Positions 63,492-64,000 of a DNA stretch of 64,000 nt are shown here, in pieces. Position 1 is the first letter of the stretch. Each line of letters begins with the position of its first letter. Source of the DNA: Octopus sinensis. Taxonomy: Eukaryota. The notes beneath the pieces were generated by a model. The model made no database searches and was not told the origin of the DNA. It worked only from the letters and a program-made list of their open reading frames with translations. The stretch is taken from assembly GCF_006345805.1 (NCBI RefSeq), contig NC_043002.1:65968001-66032000 (forward strand), read 5' to 3'. Made by a program: the position numbers and the translations under genes.

Positions 63492-64000
63492 CATTAACTG
63501 AAGACAATTCCAAAAATTCTGTATAAGGTTTCAGCGTCTCTATAAATCTTTTTAACTAGAAAACCTCCCTAGACAAACAAGGAGACCCATTCATGATAAC
63601 AGACTAGTCCAAAAGCAGAACTATTGCTACTACAACAAATTCAGCCACCTACATGCATCAAAACATTAACATCTGAAAGATATAACATTATTTTTTTTTC
63701 TTAAATGAATACTAAAAACATTCACCAAACAGAACACACCAAAATTATATGCTACCCAATGGACTGCAAAAGAAACCACACAAGCGGCAACCAATTCAAT
63801 TTTGCTGGTTTCTGATGTTACTACTGCTAAAAGCAAGCTGGATAGAGAAAAACTCCCCATCTGCCACTTTAATTCTTTTTCTCTTACACAGAGCCAATAT
63901 CCTCTTCTCTGAATGGCATACAAACACAGCCAAATTCACTTTGTTACATATTTTTGCCAATACAGCCAATTTCAAATTTCATTTGTTTCCATAGTATAGC

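Noticed and set aside
548-64000. Dozens of poly-I/poly-N/YI/CV/HT ORFs in the supplied track
   Set aside because: These are translations of (ATT)n, (AT)n, (GT)n and (ACAT)n microsatellites, with no splice or codon support.

Overview
AT-rich, microsatellite- and retroposon-dense eukaryotic DNA. The SINE families and (ATT)n/(AT)n/(GT)n load point to an octopus genome; this is inferred from remembered repeat sequences, not a search. The main host gene is a + strand, TSP1-less ADAMTS-like reprolysin (M12B) metalloprotease. Nine phase-consistent exons (35528-47066, 525 aa) encode an acidic/poly-Gly prodomain, furin sites, HELGHSLGAFHD, a Met-turn, an ADAMTS Cys-rich domain, a PLAC-like domain and an Arg-rich tail. 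One more exon at 29439 is probable and a signal-peptide exon near 16.9 kb is possible. The last exon lies in a ~1.7-kb tandem duplication whose second copy is frameshifted, possibly an assembly artefact. Three phase-consistent - strand exons (50882-56521) suggest the 3' end of a second, unidentified gene. The rest is decayed TEs (R4/Dong-like, RTE, Tx1/L1, Penelope-like, mariner, Tc1-like, hAT) and at least six tRNA-derived SINE families. The most notable non-coding signal is a set of minimal type-I hammerhead ribozyme motifs of the Penelope-associated kind, one forming the tail of a tRNA-headed SINE. Nearly all ORFs in the supplied track are microsatellite or TE artefacts. TE boundaries are approximate and were read by eye.
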